IMG/VR virus record: IMGVR_UViG_3300028597_000007
Length of the DNA: 64,000 nt
Reading direction: 5' to 3' (one strand)
DNA from: a virus
In this document: positions 37,651 through 48,904 of the stretch, piece by piece
Layout: each line of letters starts with the position of its first letter
Numbering within the stretch: the stretch's first letter is position 1
Made by a program: the position numbers and the translations under genes
Notes under the pieces: generated by a model
The model's input: only the letters and a program-made list of their open reading frames with translations
The model's database searches: none
What the model was told of the DNA's origin: nothing

Positions 37651-40587
37651 TTACTTGTCAGCCAAAGCTGGGAGGTGCTTCAGGAATTGAACATCCACGT
37701 CCTCCTCCACCGTGAACGTGCCATCTGGCAGTGCGGTCAGTTTCTTACGCACAGACAGACGACCACTGTTGTCGGCCATGGAGATCAGTGGATAGTTCTT
37801 GTCGCCGCCAAGGTTGCTAACCCGTACAGTGATGACCTCACTACCCGCATTCTTCTTGATGGCCTCAGCCGTTTCCAGGGCCTCAATCCGATCCTTGGCA
37901 AAGTCGGTTGCCAGCTGCTGGATGATGGTGGTGCGGATGCCGGACTTAAGCACTTCGTTGTTCCAACCAGCCTCGGTCATGTAGACCTGGACCTTAGGCG
38001 ATTGCTCGGCATCGAGTACAACAGAAGAACCACTCTCCACCACACAGCGAACCTTGCCATTCGTTGCGATTGGCTTGAGGTACAGCTTGGTCTTTTCCAG
38101 CACCGTCTTGTTGGTGTTGCCCATGTCGGTATCGGACCACTGCAGCATCTTGGTGCAAACGAGCTTCAGGTAGTCTTCAGTCGACTTGTCGTTGGCGAAG
38201 TAGTACCGACCATCGAACAACGTCAGGTCAATCTGACGGGCAAGCTGACGAGGAGACACCAGGATCTTGTTACCGTTGGCATCGAGGACAAAGTCACCCT
38301 TGAACTTCCGGTACTGCTGAACACCGTTCTTGATTACCGGCTCACCAACCTGGTGCAGCAGATACGTGACCACCTTACCGTTTACCACATCAACCTTCAT
38401 CATGCTCGGGTTGTTGGGGTCCATCTCGAACACCGGCTCAGTGTACAGCTCTGGCACGTCGTCGTCGTAGACTTGGTAATCAGCTTCAGTGGTAATGCTG
38501 CGGCTACCTGCCCACAGGTACTTCAGCGGGCTACCCAGTTTAACCTGGACACGCTCCTGCAGGATACCTACCGAGTCATACGGAAGCATGTTGCGGTTCT
38601 TGTCGTTGTCGATGTCGCCCTCTTTCATGTCGACCACGGTGTAGTCGGACACGGTGTAGATCACGTCGAACGTGACCGACAGATTAATCAAGTGATCCAG
38701 AGGGCCGTCACCGAACATGGAGAAGTTACGCAGGGTCATCGCGTCATTTGCGTTGATTGCGTAATTGGTCTCCAGCAAGAACTCATACACCCGATCACCA
38801 TCTTGCTTGGCGATCAGCGTACCATTCAGGTAAGCCTTGGCCGATTCACCCGGTGGGGTGTAAGCAAGCTGCACATGCAGTTGGTAATCTTCCAGGTCCT
38901 TATACAGATCGCCACTCTTGGTGAGCAGGTGAATAAGGTAGCCCTTCTCCGTACGCGACACCGTGAAGGTCTGTGCGGCCTGTAGGTCCAGCTGCAGGGA
39001 TGGGTTCTCCATCCAGAACTGGCGCCCTTCAATGGTCGGAGCATCGAGATAGTAGGCACGTACCTCAAAGCTCTCGTTTGCCGCATCCAGGACCCAATGG
39101 AACGGGCTGAAGCGATAACCTGCAGACGACACAGCGCGGGCCATGGCTTCTGGCTTGAGCTGATACAGGTCATTGATCTCAGACTGGCTCACAATGGTCA
39201 TGCCGCCATCCACGGACCTGAACAGTACCGAAGGATGGATGGTGACCGAGTCAGTGTTGTGACTGACGCCTGGAATGCCATTGAGGTCGGCCATACGAAC
39301 GATGAGGTTCTCTACGGCCCCTGAGATCGGCGTGATGGTGTATTTGTCCTGCGGGGACTCCATGACACGGGTTGCGTTCAAAGTACGCTTGGTGATGGCG
39401 TCTACGTCCTTTACGGAGGTATAGTCCATGTCACCCAGAACAAAGTCCAGGTTAACAGGCGTAATTGGAATGTTGATCTCACCCGTGTTGTGTTGCATGA
39501 CACGGTTACGCAACTCTTCCAGCGTCAGGGCAGGCTTGCCGCCAGTGGTGTACTGGTCGGAGTAAACCGAGTACGTGGAGAGCAGGCCCCAGTTCGCGGT
39601 GTACTTGCCTTGGTCTTCGCTGTCAAGGTCAAGCCACTCCTCACTCCAGTCGTTGGCCGAGAAGCCTTCGAACACCATGTCGTTCACACCTTTGGTGGTG
39701 TAGACGTCAATGCGCAGCTCGCCAGTAACTTGGCCTGTGGTCTGGTAGATCTGAGGCAGGTAGCAGTCGATCACCTTGTCGTACAGCCGGACCAACACGG
39801 TTGGGTCATATGGGTCAAACACTTGGCGAGTATAGTTGACCTTGATCTCTTTCCAGTAAGGGACGCCCGCAGCGTCGCGCGCCCGAACATAGGCACGGCA
39901 GTACGAGTAGAGGTCGTTGAAAGCGATACGGGTGTTCCACACCGTTGCCTGGTTGAGCGGGTAGACCTGGCTGTTGATCGCCATCTGCGACATATTGGCC
40001 AAGAGGCGCAGCATTGGAACGCCGTCGCTACCAGCCACCTGGTCAACTTCTAGCAGGTTACCGTTGGATGGGTTCAGTACGCCATTCAGAGGAGTGCCGT
40101 ACACAACGGTCGGCTCGCCCACAGGAGGAATGCGGAATTCAATCGGATACTCTGCAGTGAAGGTGTAGCCGTTGCAGGTGAAGTTGGAGTTCTTCGGCAT
40201 CACCAACTTCTTCATACCACCGGCCGTTACTTCGACCGCATAACGAATAACTTCATCGCGGCTCACCAGCAAGGTGATTGGTAGAACAGGTGGCTTATTG
40301 AAGACGTTGAGGAAGTCCCGATCCGTCATGTGCAGATGCAGGTCTTCCATAGTCAGTGCAAGGCCAGGGTAGCGCTTGCGGTTCAATACGTCAATGCCGT
40401 TGAGTACGTGCGCACCACATGCAGCGGCGTATTCCCACATGAGCATAAAAGGACTGGTGGGATCGACCAGGCGGTAGTTACCGGCAAGGTTGTCATCTAC
40501 GGCATCCAGAACGTCGAGCGCTTTGGCAGCTGGGTCAAAGCGGGCGAAGTCCATCGCCTTCATGAGATCTTCACTGGTCATGGTCAT
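37651..40587 (-). CDS. Large virion protein, probable baseplate wedge (T4 gp6/baseplate J-like)
   Basis: 978 aa; LTLEELRNRV..PIT pattern resembles gp6/J-like proteins; synteny. Confidence 0.6.
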   Translation of the reverse strand: MTMTSEDLMKAMDFARFDPAAKALDVLDAVDDNLAGNYRLVDPTSPFMLMWEYAAACGAHVLNGIDVLNRKRYPGLALTMEDLHLHMTDRDFLNVFNKPPVLPITLLVSRDEVIRYAVEVTAGGMKKLVMPKNSNFTCNGYTFTAEYPIEFRIPPVGEPTVVYGTPLNGVLNPSNGNLLEVDQVAGSDGVPMLRLLANMSQMAINSQVYPLNQATVWNTRIAFNDLYSYCRAYVRARDAAGVPYWKEIKVNYTRQVFDPYDPTVLVRLYDKVIDCYLPQIYQTTGQVTGELRIDVYTTKGVNDMVFEGFSANDWSEEWLDLDSEDQGKYTANWGLLSTYSVYSDQYTTGGKPALTLEELRNRVMQHNTGEINIPITPVNLDFVLGDMDYTSVKDVDAITKRTLNATRVMESPQDKYTITPISGAVENLIVRMADLNGIPGVSHNTDSVTIHPSVLFRSVDGGMTIVSQSEINDLYQLKPEAMARAVSSAGYRFSPFHWVLDAANESFEVRAYYLDAPTIEGRQFWMENPSLQLDLQAAQTFTVSRTEKGYLIHLLTKSGDLYKDLEDYQLHVQLAYTPPGESAKAYLNGTLIAKQDGDRVYEFLLETNYAINANDAMTLRNFSMFGDGPLDHLINLSVTFDVIYTVSDYTVVDMKEGDIDNDKNRNMLPYDSVGILQERVQVKLGSPLKYLWAGSRSITTEADYQVYDDDVPELYTEPVFEMDPNNPSMMKVDVVNGKVVTYLLHQVGEPVIKNGVQQYRKFKGDFVLDANGNKILVSPRQLARQIDLTLFDGRYYFANDKSTEDYLKLVCTKMLQWSDTDMGNTNKTVLEKTKLYLKPIATNGKVRCVVESGSSVVLDAEQSPKVQVYMTEAGWNNEVLKSGIRTTIIQQLATDFAKDRIEALETAEAIKKNAGSEVITVRVSNLGGDKNYPLISMADNSGRLSVRKKLTALPDGTFTVEEDVDVQFLKHLPALADK

Positions 40588-41723
40588 ACGACAGTACCTG
40601 TAGTTGGAGTGTTACCTGGGACAATGATCCGGCTAGGGTTCTGCCCATTGTAAGCCATCGGGGTCAGCGCCCCCTTGGCAAAGCGGCTAGACCAAGCAAT
40701 GCGAGAATCACCCAGACGTTCTTCGTACACCTCACGAGAAACCCAGCGCTGCATTGTCTGCTCCTCTGGATCAATCCAGAAGTACGTGTCGTATGTGAAC
40801 AGGTGCCAGAGATCTTCATTGATCTGGACCATGTTCTTGTCACGAAGGGCGGGGTGCATGTTCGCATTGAACGAGGCAACGATGTTGTTGAATTCAGTGA
40901 ACACGATCGGGTCGAACGTATCCAGGCCATGGCACTTCCAGTTGACCGAGATCTGCTGACCTTCTTGGTTGAAGGGGGAGTCCAGCGACATGTTGGCGCC
41001 GGTAGCAGTTGGGGCAACGTAAGGATATGCAATGGTAGACCACCAACTGGTGATCCGACGCTTGTTGGCGTCTAGGGAGAAACGGTAAATCCGGCTGTGG
41101 TAGTCGATCCGATTTTGAATGATCGAATCCATGTACGGAACCATGTCCCCCTCATACACCAGGGAGGCATAACACACCCAGACGAAAAGCATCATTATTA
41201 TGATGTTACCCGTCCCGTTACGCAGCGTCGTATTCAGGTCCCATACCCTGTAGTTCTTGATCGTGTCATCGATCATACTCCAGGCTTCATGGTGGTTACC
41301 CTCTACCGAGGTGAATGTGCCTGGTGCGATTTCCTGCCAACCGGATTGGGAAACCAAACCGTTAGACAGCCACGGGATAAAAGCCTGCTCGTGGTTGGCC
41401 AGCGGGGAGCCTTTGCCGTCACGCCACACACCGACAGGATCAAGCATGGCTCGAATGGCCCGTGGAAGGCTAATGCCGTCCGCACCACCGATCATGCTGA
41501 AAAACGGGCGGAATGCACGCAGGTTGCCATCGGTCAAGTTAAGTCTGGGTCGCGTGAAGAACGTGAGACCAAACTGTTCTCGAACGGGCGGCATCGTGGG
41601 GTGTGTCCCCAGGCTGTTAATGCCTCTCAGCTGTTCGTAGATCGAGGTTACGGAACTACCCTTGCCTCCGATCCGCGAAATGAAATCAAAAATCTTCTCG
41701 TATTCTTCGCGGCTTAAACTCAT
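40584..41723 (-). CDS. Virion structural protein (possibly tube-initiator/baseplate type)
   Basis: 379 aa, coupled to the 978-aa gene. Function inferred. Confidence 0.6.
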   Translation of the reverse strand: MSLSREEYEKIFDFISRIGGKGSSVTSIYEQLRGINSLGTHPTMPPVREQFGLTFFTRPRLNLTDGNLRAFRPFFSMIGGADGISLPRAIRAMLDPVGVWRDGKGSPLANHEQAFIPWLSNGLVSQSGWQEIAPGTFTSVEGNHHEAWSMIDDTIKNYRVWDLNTTLRNGTGNIIIMMLFVWVCYASLVYEGDMVPYMDSIIQNRIDYHSRIYRFSLDANKRRITSWWSTIAYPYVAPTATGANMSLDSPFNQEGQQISVNWKCHGLDTFDPIVFTEFNNIVASFNANMHPALRDKNMVQINEDLWHLFTYDTYFWIDPEEQTMQRWVSREVYEERLGDSRIAWSSRFAKGALTPMAYNGQNPSRIIVPGNTPTTGTVV

Positions 41724-41752
41724 AACCCCTCCAGAATGGTCAGGAGCACTTC

Positions 41753-43048
41753 ATGAACATCAATATTCTGCCAGACCTCAGTCTGGCGGCGGCACCGTTT
41801 ACCACGGTACTCGGCAATGCCCTAAAGTTGGCTTCGACCGGCGATAGTGACAGCATCATACAGTATTCCGCCCCCGCCCGCGTGGAGCCGATCTGCTTGG
41901 TGGATAGCGCTCTCGCCCAGTACGAATTCCTGTACCCGATTCTGCAGACCACCAACTCGATCTTCGCCGCCTACTACATGCAGGCCGCCGCTCGTATGAT
42001 CAACGTATCGGCCATGCGCCTGCTGCGTGACATCGATCCGCTCAAGCCCGACCGCAACATGAACGCTGCAATCTACGACTTCGCCGAGCGCAGCGCCCAG
42101 CAGCACTACGGTGACAACAAGACCCTACCTCAGCGCGTTGAAGGTCGTGTCCTGGACATCGTTACCGAAGGCATGCAGCTGCCGCGCCCAGGTCAGGGCA
42201 AGCCAACCATCACCTTCATGATCACTGAAGGGCAGGGCGGCAAGCCTGTGATGAAGGTGGCCTCGCCTGAAGAAGTGCGCAAGTATCAGGAAGCCTCCAA
42301 GCGGGCGGCAACCGAACTGGCCAAGAAGGAATACGACAAGCAGCTGGCTGACCTCAAGCACGCCGGTGCTTCCACCAAAGGTGGCGCGTCTCTGGTTGGT
42401 GACCTGCTCGATACCCCGAACCTGGCTACCGGCCGTATTTTCGAAGTGTCTGGCGACTACGGTGGAGGCGAAGTTACCATCCAAGTGATGGTGGTCTTCA
42501 AGACCATGATGACTACCTCGAACAACATGGTAGACGTCTACGCCACCGGCGGCGAGCTGCGTACCGCTTCCGAGCGTTACCACGGCTGGCGTTCGGGTCA
42601 ACTGCGCTTCCTCGAAGACATCATCTTCACCAACGACATCATCGAGAACCACCGCCGTACCGCTATCCGCGACAACACCGGTGTGTACCTGCTCAACCGC
42701 GAGCGCGACACCAAGAACCGTGTTGCTGCTCTGCTGTCCGGCAAGTCCTCGATCGGCACTGCCTCGGGTGTTGCTGTGATCGACAGCGCCACTGCCAAGC
42801 GTCTGGAACTGGCCGTAGGCGGCAAGCTTGCTGACTTCAACACTCGTGAGAAGATCTTCAAGCGCACCTACCTCATGAACATGATCGTCGTTGATCGTGA
42901 CTGGGACCAGGTGGTTGTTTACAACCGCGGTATCCCGAAAGCCGTTGAACTGCCGGTGACCGAGTACACCAAGGCCAAGAGCAAGGGCGGCTCCGACGTG
43001 GCCGATATCGTCAAGCTGTTCCTGTCCGGCTCTGCCCCGACTCTCTGA
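41753..43048 (+). CDS. Virion head protein (phiKZ gp89 position)
   Basis: AGGAG RBS; divergent from the 379-aa gene; synteny. Confidence 0.65.
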   Translation: MNINILPDLSLAAAPFTTVLGNALKLASTGDSDSIIQYSAPARVEPICLVDSALAQYEFLYPILQTTNSIFAAYYMQAAARMINVSAMRLLRDIDPLKPDRNMNAAIYDFAERSAQQHYGDNKTLPQRVEGRVLDIVTEGMQLPRPGQGKPTITFMITEGQGGKPVMKVASPEEVRKYQEASKRAATELAKKEYDKQLADLKHAGASTKGGASLVGDLLDTPNLATGRIFEVSGDYGGGEVTIQVMVVFKTMMTTSNNMVDVYATGGELRTASERYHGWRSGQLRFLEDIIFTNDIIENHRRTAIRDNTGVYLLNRERDTKNRVAALLSGKSSIGTASGVAVIDSATAKRLELAVGGKLADFNTREKIFKRTYLMNMIVVDRDWDQVVVYNRGIPKAVELPVTEYTKAKSKGGSDVADIVKLFLSGSAPTL

Positions 43049-43077
43049 GTCGGGTGCCTCACTAAAGGATTCAATCC

Positions 43078-43986
43078 ATGAAGATTACTGCTTTCGTTGA
43101 CAAGATTGTCGACGGCTTCAGCCAGAACGCCACGGTCACTGTGCATTCGAACGTCATCAAAGAGATGATCGATCACACCATCCCGTCTCTGGAGTTGTTC
43201 TCCGAGTACGTCAGTGCCGAACCTAAGGCCAAGAAAGTCCTCGACAAATTCAACAAGGACTTCCTGCAACGCCTGGGTAAAGGTGGCAAGGGCGAATTCT
43301 ACGACCGCATCCTGGCCGCCATGCGCGCTAACGTGGCCCAGGCTGGCGACGTCGAAGACCTGATCAACAAGCTGATCCCCAAGAACGCAGATGCGCTCTC
43401 TCTGGACGGCCGTGCTGCCAACCTCGTGCAGTACGTCGAGATCCTGGGCTTCACCAACCGTTACATCCGTCACCTGCTGCTGACCTTCACCGAAGACATC
43501 GCCAAAGGTACCGGTGGTCCGAACTTCAAGTCGGGCCTGGCCAAAGAACAGGTGGATGGCCTGCAGCGCAACCTGAGCGCTTTCGCCACTGCCATCATGG
43601 TATTGGAGACGGCCGCTCCTGGTGTTGAGCGTGCCATCAAGTCGATCCCTGAGTTCAACGTGGCTCATACCGACATTGATGCTATGACAGCAGCCAATGG
43701 CCAAGCTGCCATGGACCCACTGCGCGCCACTGGTTTCATTTCGGCCGACTGGAACCCGATCACTGCCGTGCGCATGCTGATCGAAGACCGTTGCATCGCC
43801 AACTACCAAGGCGCCAAAGAAGACCGCCAGGCTCTGGAGTTCCGTATCCAGGCCCTGAAGGACGCCCGTGACGGTACGCAGAACCCACGACTGGAGAAAT
43901 CCATCGAGTACCACACTGGCCGTCTGAAAGAGGTCAACAGAAAGATCGAGAAGTACGAAGCCTCGGTCAAGGAGAAACGTGAATGA
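43078..43986 (+). CDS. Virion head protein (phiKZ gp90 position)
   Basis: AAGGA RBS; C-terminal coiled coil; synteny. Confidence 0.65.
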   Translation: MKITAFVDKIVDGFSQNATVTVHSNVIKEMIDHTIPSLELFSEYVSAEPKAKKVLDKFNKDFLQRLGKGGKGEFYDRILAAMRANVAQAGDVEDLINKLIPKNADALSLDGRAANLVQYVEILGFTNRYIRHLLLTFTEDIAKGTGGPNFKSGLAKEQVDGLQRNLSAFATAIMVLETAAPGVERAIKSIPEFNVAHTDIDAMTAANGQAAMDPLRATGFISADWNPITAVRMLIEDRCIANYQGAKEDRQALEFRIQALKDARDGTQNPRLEKSIEYHTGRLKEVNRKIEKYEASVKEKRE

Positions 43987-44537
43987 ACGATCGCGGGTTC
44001 GACGTCTACAGCTCAGGCTTTGCACGCCTGAGCCCGCTGCAAGCCGGTACGGGCTACAAAGAGCCTGATACTATGGCAGTTGCGCACTATGATGGTATGG
44101 TGAAAGGTTTGGTGTCGATCGTTGACTCCAAGACTTTCGACAGCGTCGTGCGTAATGCTTTGGCTCTGTTGGGTACTGGCCCTGACTGGATCACCGTCCA
44201 GGCCTTTAACCCCAACCTGTCGAAGTACCAGGTCGAGTTCATGGTTGACACTGTCAATTATATAGTCACCGGAAAACGCCGGTACTTGCTCGCCACTTGG
44301 CGCGAACTTCTCGCCGAGATGAACAACAACGGTTCCGTTAAGCCTATTGTTATGGGCGGACGATCCGTGAACCCGGATATCAAGGTGCCCGCAGAACTTC
44401 TGAAAGGGCATCCCGCAGAAATCATGTCCCGCTGGATTTCCCGAGAGGGTGGTGTAGTGGATCTGATAGAGTCCCTCCATCTCATGTTCGGTGGAGACAT
44501 CGAAGTGGGTGAAGTGGGCTCGCTAGTAGCTAGCTAG
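43983..44537 (+). CDS. Probable virion protein
   Basis: ATGA overlap; 184 aa. Confidence 0.65.
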   Translation: MNDRGFDVYSSGFARLSPLQAGTGYKEPDTMAVAHYDGMVKGLVSIVDSKTFDSVVRNALALLGTGPDWITVQAFNPNLSKYQVEFMVDTVNYIVTGKRRYLLATWRELLAEMNNNGSVKPIVMGGRSVNPDIKVPAELLKGHPAEIMSRWISREGGVVDLIESLHLMFGGDIEVGEVGSLVAS

Positions 44538-44571
44538 CGCTAACGCAATCAACAACTCTGGAGTTAGACAC

Positions 44572-45807
44572 ATGTCCCGTAACTTCCGTTCCACCCGTGG
44601 TCGCATGGCCATCGAAAGCATCGAAGGCGCTGACCAGACCGCAGCTGAAATCGACATCGACACCGACAGCCAACACGGTGACGGCGCCGACGCCGCCCTG
44701 CTGGATCTGAAAGACGTCAACACCGAAGTCGCCGAAAACGACGGCGCCGTCGACGAGCTGGAAAACACCGTTGCCGCTCTGGAAAGCCTGCTGGAAACCG
44801 CAGAAGCTGCCCAGGAAACCGGCGGCCTGGACCCAGTCGCTGCCGACCTGCTGCAGAAAGCGGTCGAAAACGAAACCGCTCCGCTGGGTACCCCGGCTGA
44901 AGAAGTGGTTCCTGCTCTGGAAAACTTCACCTCGCCTTCGAGCCGCCGCCAGGCGACCGTCATGGCCTGTGAAGGCATCAAGGACTGGATCGACAAGGTC
45001 TGGGCCAAGATCAAAGAGCTGATCCAGAAAGGTCGCGACCTGGCCAAGAAAGCCTACGTTGCCGTCAAGCAGTTCATCCAGCGTATCGAGCCGCGCATCA
45101 AGGCGCTGCAGGAAGACGCCGGCAAGCGCAACTTCTCGATGCCGAAGTCCGGCAACGTCAGCGACAAGGGCGAGTGGGCTCTGTCCGAAGTCGGCAAGCT
45201 GCAGCAGCTGAGCGACGCCGTTCTCGACGGCTACACCAAGGCCGCCATCGCGCACGCCAACAGCATCGCCTCCGCCCTGTCGGCCGGCGACGAAGTCAAG
45301 GCTGCCGAAGAAGGCAAGACCGAAGAGAAGGCCGAGTTCAGCGTACCGTCCAACCTGGACGCGCCTGCCAAGGTCCTGCTGGCCATCAAGAACCTGCCGG
45401 GCGGCCGCGAGTTCGTTCCTGCTGGCGACACCATGACCATCCGCACCAAGCAAGGTGGTTCGACCGGTGGCTCCAACGCAGCTTCCGCTGCCAACGAGCA
45501 GACCATCACCTCGGCTCTGACCACCCTGGCCACCGTTGCCAAGGCCGTCGTCGGCTACGAGAAGAACTTCCAGGAAAAAGACCGCGCTCAAGAAGGCGTG
45601 ATCAAGGCTGGTGACGCTTTCGCCAAGAAAGCCAAGGCCAACGACAAGGGCGACGATGCTGCTGCCCGCGCCGCGATCAACGCTGCCAAGAACGCTGGCC
45701 GCCTGCTGGACCAACCGGCCAAGGACACCCTGTCCTACCTGGTTACCGCCATCAACGGCTACTGCACCACCATCGCCGCTCACCTGAAGCACTACGACAA
45801 GAAGTAA
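44572..45807 (+). CDS. Abundant internal head protein (phiKZ gp93-97 / SPN3US gp53 family)
   Basis: Acidic propeptide with repeated AIE, ALE and ACE sites; extreme high-expression codon bias. Confidence 0.78.
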   Translation: MSRNFRSTRGRMAIESIEGADQTAAEIDIDTDSQHGDGADAALLDLKDVNTEVAENDGAVDELENTVAALESLLETAEAAQETGGLDPVAADLLQKAVENETAPLGTPAEEVVPALENFTSPSSRRQATVMACEGIKDWIDKVWAKIKELIQKGRDLAKKAYVAVKQFIQRIEPRIKALQEDAGKRNFSMPKSGNVSDKGEWALSEVGKLQQLSDAVLDGYTKAAIAHANSIASALSAGDEVKAAEEGKTEEKAEFSVPSNLDAPAKVLLAIKNLPGGREFVPAGDTMTIRTKQGGSTGGSNAASAANEQTITSALTTLATVAKAVVGYEKNFQEKDRAQEGVIKAGDAFAKKAKANDKGDDAAARAAINAAKNAGRLLDQPAKDTLSYLVTAINGYCTTIAAHLKHYDKK

Positions 45808-45835
45808 TTCTTCCGTAGCGCCTGGTGCGTTGTGA

Positions 45836-45871
45836 ATAAAAGCCGGGCCTTCGGGTCCGGCTTTTATGCCG
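45836..45871 (+). terminator. UUCG hairpin followed by TATGCCG
   Basis: aaaagccgggcc-ttcg-ggtccggctttt; TATGC 45865-45869. Confidence 0.75.
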
Positions 45872-45915
45872 CAGGTTGGACATGCTATGCAGACCATTCC
45901 TTCAAGGACATTATC

Positions 45916-47505
45916 ATGCCCAATGGTAACTACGCTATTGGGAATACCTACGAGACCGTGACGCGTCCCATGGCTTTTGCCATTGCCAAGGACTGCCTTG
46001 CTCGGCTAGGGTTTCCCGAAGACGCATTCCTGAGCATCCCTGGCCACACTGAGCAGGCACTCGTTCAGGGCTCCACCATCGACAACAATTTTGATACCAA
46101 GAACTGGTTCGGCACTAACAACGAAGCCATTCTGAAAATCAAAGAAGACCCCATCACCGATCGCATCTATGAAGCCTCGGTTATCCGACGCGACAACAAT
46201 GTGATCTTTAAGGACGCAGAGACGCACGTATACGTCCGTCCCGTCTATCAGCCTACCAAAGCCACGCTGACGTTTCGTCTGCGCTGTAAAGACGAGATTG
46301 AGGCCAGCAAGCTACGTGACGATACATGGGCCCGTTCCCATCTGTTGCGCCACGAGCAAGTGCACACGCTGACCTACCACTGGCAGATCCCCGAAGTGTT
46401 CCTGGTTATCCTCCACGAGATCTGGATGAAGCAGGAAGCCCACGACAAGACCGGCGACTCGTTCCCCAAGTACCTCAAGGATCGTTTCGATCCACGGGTG
46501 GACACTGTCACCAACTTGGCAGGTAAAGGAGGTGTGTTGGTTGTGCCTGAAGATCAGGTACGGGTGCTGGGTTGGTTTGACTTCTCTGGCGTCATGGATG
46601 AGCCGACCTTCAACAAGGACAACGGCACCTGGGATCTGGAGTGGTCGTACAGCGTGGTTTATGACAAGCCTATTGAGGCTGTCCTGGATTACCCATTGGT
46701 TGTGCGGCAGAAGATGCTGGGGGCAGACTTCCGTCCCAAGCAAGGCATGTACAAGCTCTCTGACCACGACGTAGACCCTAACACGGTCAATCGTACTCTC
46801 GGTAGCTTCTTCAACGTCTGGACGCCTCCTAAGGGCATTCTGGACAAACGTTACCCTGACTTCGATACATGGCAGGTGGAAGGCGGTACTCGTGGCTGTA
46901 TCGACCTGTGGTATGGCCTGACAACGATCTCTGCGGATAACCGCAAGGACATGTTGTCCATCGACACCCTGGGCGTGCACAAGCTCAGCGACGCTGCTCG
47001 TGACTTCATCATGTCTGAGCGTAAGTACGTGGTGGATTACGGCCGTAGTCTTTTTGACATCGCGGTGTACTCCGATAACGAGCGTCACTTGAACGGGCAG
47101 GTCGAGTTGACTGAAGACGGAATGATCCGTTCCCTGTTCGATGTGTCCATGGTGCCGATCTACCATGTTGTGATTGCCTTCCGCAATAACCTCTACACAC
47201 TCTCTGTGGAGGACCAGGATCGCCTGCGTCAGAATGCCTGCAAGATGTATGAGGTATTGGTTCAGATGTATCCAGCGCTCGCTGCAGCCGGACAGATACC
47301 TAAGCCAAATAAGCGCTGCTTCTGGACCCGTGAAGAGTGGGAATGGATTGTTGACATCATCTCACCTCCTCGTCCAGGTGTGTGGCCTCGTCCATCTCGC
47401 CCCCCTAGTGTACCTGGCGGACATGGTGGCGGTAACCTCACCCCAGGCCAACGTCGCATCCTGATGCTGACAGTCGGTTCTTACAACATCATCACCCGGA
47501 GATAA
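45916..47505 (+). CDS. Virion structural protein (neck/tail region)
   Basis: AAGGA RBS before ATG 45916; Pro/Gly-rich C-terminus; synteny. Confidence 0.65.
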   Translation: MPNGNYAIGNTYETVTRPMAFAIAKDCLARLGFPEDAFLSIPGHTEQALVQGSTIDNNFDTKNWFGTNNEAILKIKEDPITDRIYEASVIRRDNNVIFKDAETHVYVRPVYQPTKATLTFRLRCKDEIEASKLRDDTWARSHLLRHEQVHTLTYHWQIPEVFLVILHEIWMKQEAHDKTGDSFPKYLKDRFDPRVDTVTNLAGKGGVLVVPEDQVRVLGWFDFSGVMDEPTFNKDNGTWDLEWSYSVVYDKPIEAVLDYPLVVRQKMLGADFRPKQGMYKLSDHDVDPNTVNRTLGSFFNVWTPPKGILDKRYPDFDTWQVEGGTRGCIDLWYGLTTISADNRKDMLSIDTLGVHKLSDAARDFIMSERKYVVDYGRSLFDIAVYSDNERHLNGQVELTEDGMIRSLFDVSMVPIYHVVIAFRNNLYTLSVEDQDRLRQNACKMYEVLVQMYPALAAAGQIPKPNKRCFWTREEWEWIVDIISPPRPGVWPRPSRPPSVPGGHGGGNLTPGQRRILMLTVGSYNIITRR

Positions 47506-47509
47506 GATC

Positions 47510-48904
47510 ATGCCATTGGTCGAAGTCGATGAAGACAAGGTCGAGAAGCAACCCGCTACTGGTCGTGTCGTACCCGTGGATATGCGCACTGCCTTGGTGC
47601 AGACGCGTAATCAACCTCGCCAATCCCTGATCACTCAGGCGGGTGGCTCGATCTTCCCGATCACTGTGTACAAGCAACTGGTTCGAGAGCATGACTCGGT
47701 CAAGCCTCAGGCACTGAACCTGGATGCCCCGTACCAACAGTACGAGAAGATCAACAACGTGGAGTCTCGCCTGCAGGGCGACTTCTCCTATTCGTTCGAA
47801 GAGGAAGAAGGTGACCGTGTTATCACCGGTACCCTGATCCTCTATCCGGGCATCTACCTGAACATGCACGACATGTTTGAGGCAGACGTGGGGGATGGTC
47901 AAACTGGCCTCTTCCACATCAACATGAAGCCAGAGCCTCTGTCGTGGATGGGTCAGGCCTGTCAGCAGATTCAGTTCCGCATGGTGGCCCGTGATGACCC
48001 ACTGCGCCAAGCAGACCTCAAGGCCAAGACCGTAGAAGAGTTCTACTACGTTGTTGACTTCGTCCGCTTCGGCAAGAACCCTGTCCTGATCAGTTCGCTG
48101 TATCACGACTACCGCATGCTGTTCCGCACATCGGAAACGATGATCAGCGAATACCTGCGGTTGTTCTTCAGTCCGATCAGTCAAACTCTCATCATTCCTG
48201 GCCAGGAGCCAGAGAACGGTACCTGCTATGATCCTTTCCTGGTTTCTGCTGTGCTCAGCGTACTTGAAACTACCCAGCACCCCCTGCTTCGAAAAGTACA
48301 GGCCCATAACACCGACGCACAGTACGCTTTCAGAACCACCACGATCTGGGATGCTCTGCTCCAAATGGAGCCAAGCCACCTTCACCTTGCCTGCCAGCAA
48401 ATGGGCCTAGTGCAAAAGAGTGTCCTCAAGACCCGTGCCAACTACGGCGGGGCTTACTGGGCACAGATCGACATGGTCATGTTCCCCATTGAGCCGCGTG
48501 AAGATGCCGACTCAATGCGTGCGCCGACCATGCAGTACACCACCACCCCTTTGCGTGACGGCCCAGCCCCGATCCATGACTTCAATCGCCTGATCCGTGA
48601 AAAGGACCTGACCGACGTTAAAGTAGTAGAGTCGCGTGATCCCAAGGACAAAGTACCGAACATCTGGGACACCAACGACGACACCTACTACGTCTTCAGT
48701 AAAGCCTTCTACGAGGAGGACTACACGAAGATGAGCCATCTGGAGAAACTGGTTTGGTCTGTACTGAACCAGCAGGAACTGGATGTGCCCAAGTTGGCAG
48801 AGCTGGTCCGTCAGTCGAAAGAGTGGGACAAGCTTGAGCGTTTCTATTACGTGCCAGTGTTGATGATCCTGAACATTCTGGCATTGCGAGGACCTTCGAT
48901 ATGA
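47510..48904 (+). CDS. Virion structural protein
   Basis: 464 aa in a coupled structural operon. Confidence 0.68.
   Translation: MPLVEVDEDKVEKQPATGRVVPVDMRTALVQTRNQPRQSLITQAGGSIFPITVYKQLVREHDSVKPQALNLDAPYQQYEKINNVESRLQGDFSYSFEEEEGDRVITGTLILYPGIYLNMHDMFEADVGDGQTGLFHINMKPEPLSWMGQACQQIQFRMVARDDPLRQADLKAKTVEEFYYVVDFVRFGKNPVLISSLYHDYRMLFRTSETMISEYLRLFFSPISQTLIIPGQEPENGTCYDPFLVSAVLSVLETTQHPLLRKVQAHNTDAQYAFRTTTIWDALLQMEPSHLHLACQQMGLVQKSVLKTRANYGGAYWAQIDMVMFPIEPREDADSMRAPTMQYTTTPLRDGPAPIHDFNRLIREKDLTDVKVVESRDPKDKVPNIWDTNDDTYYVFSKAFYEEDYTKMSHLEKLVWSVLNQQELDVPKLAELVRQSKEWDKLERFYYVPVLMILNILALRGPSI

Noticed and set aside
44521-44545. gctagtagctagctagc CTAG cluster
   Set aside because: Short, single occurrence around a stop codon; no support for function.
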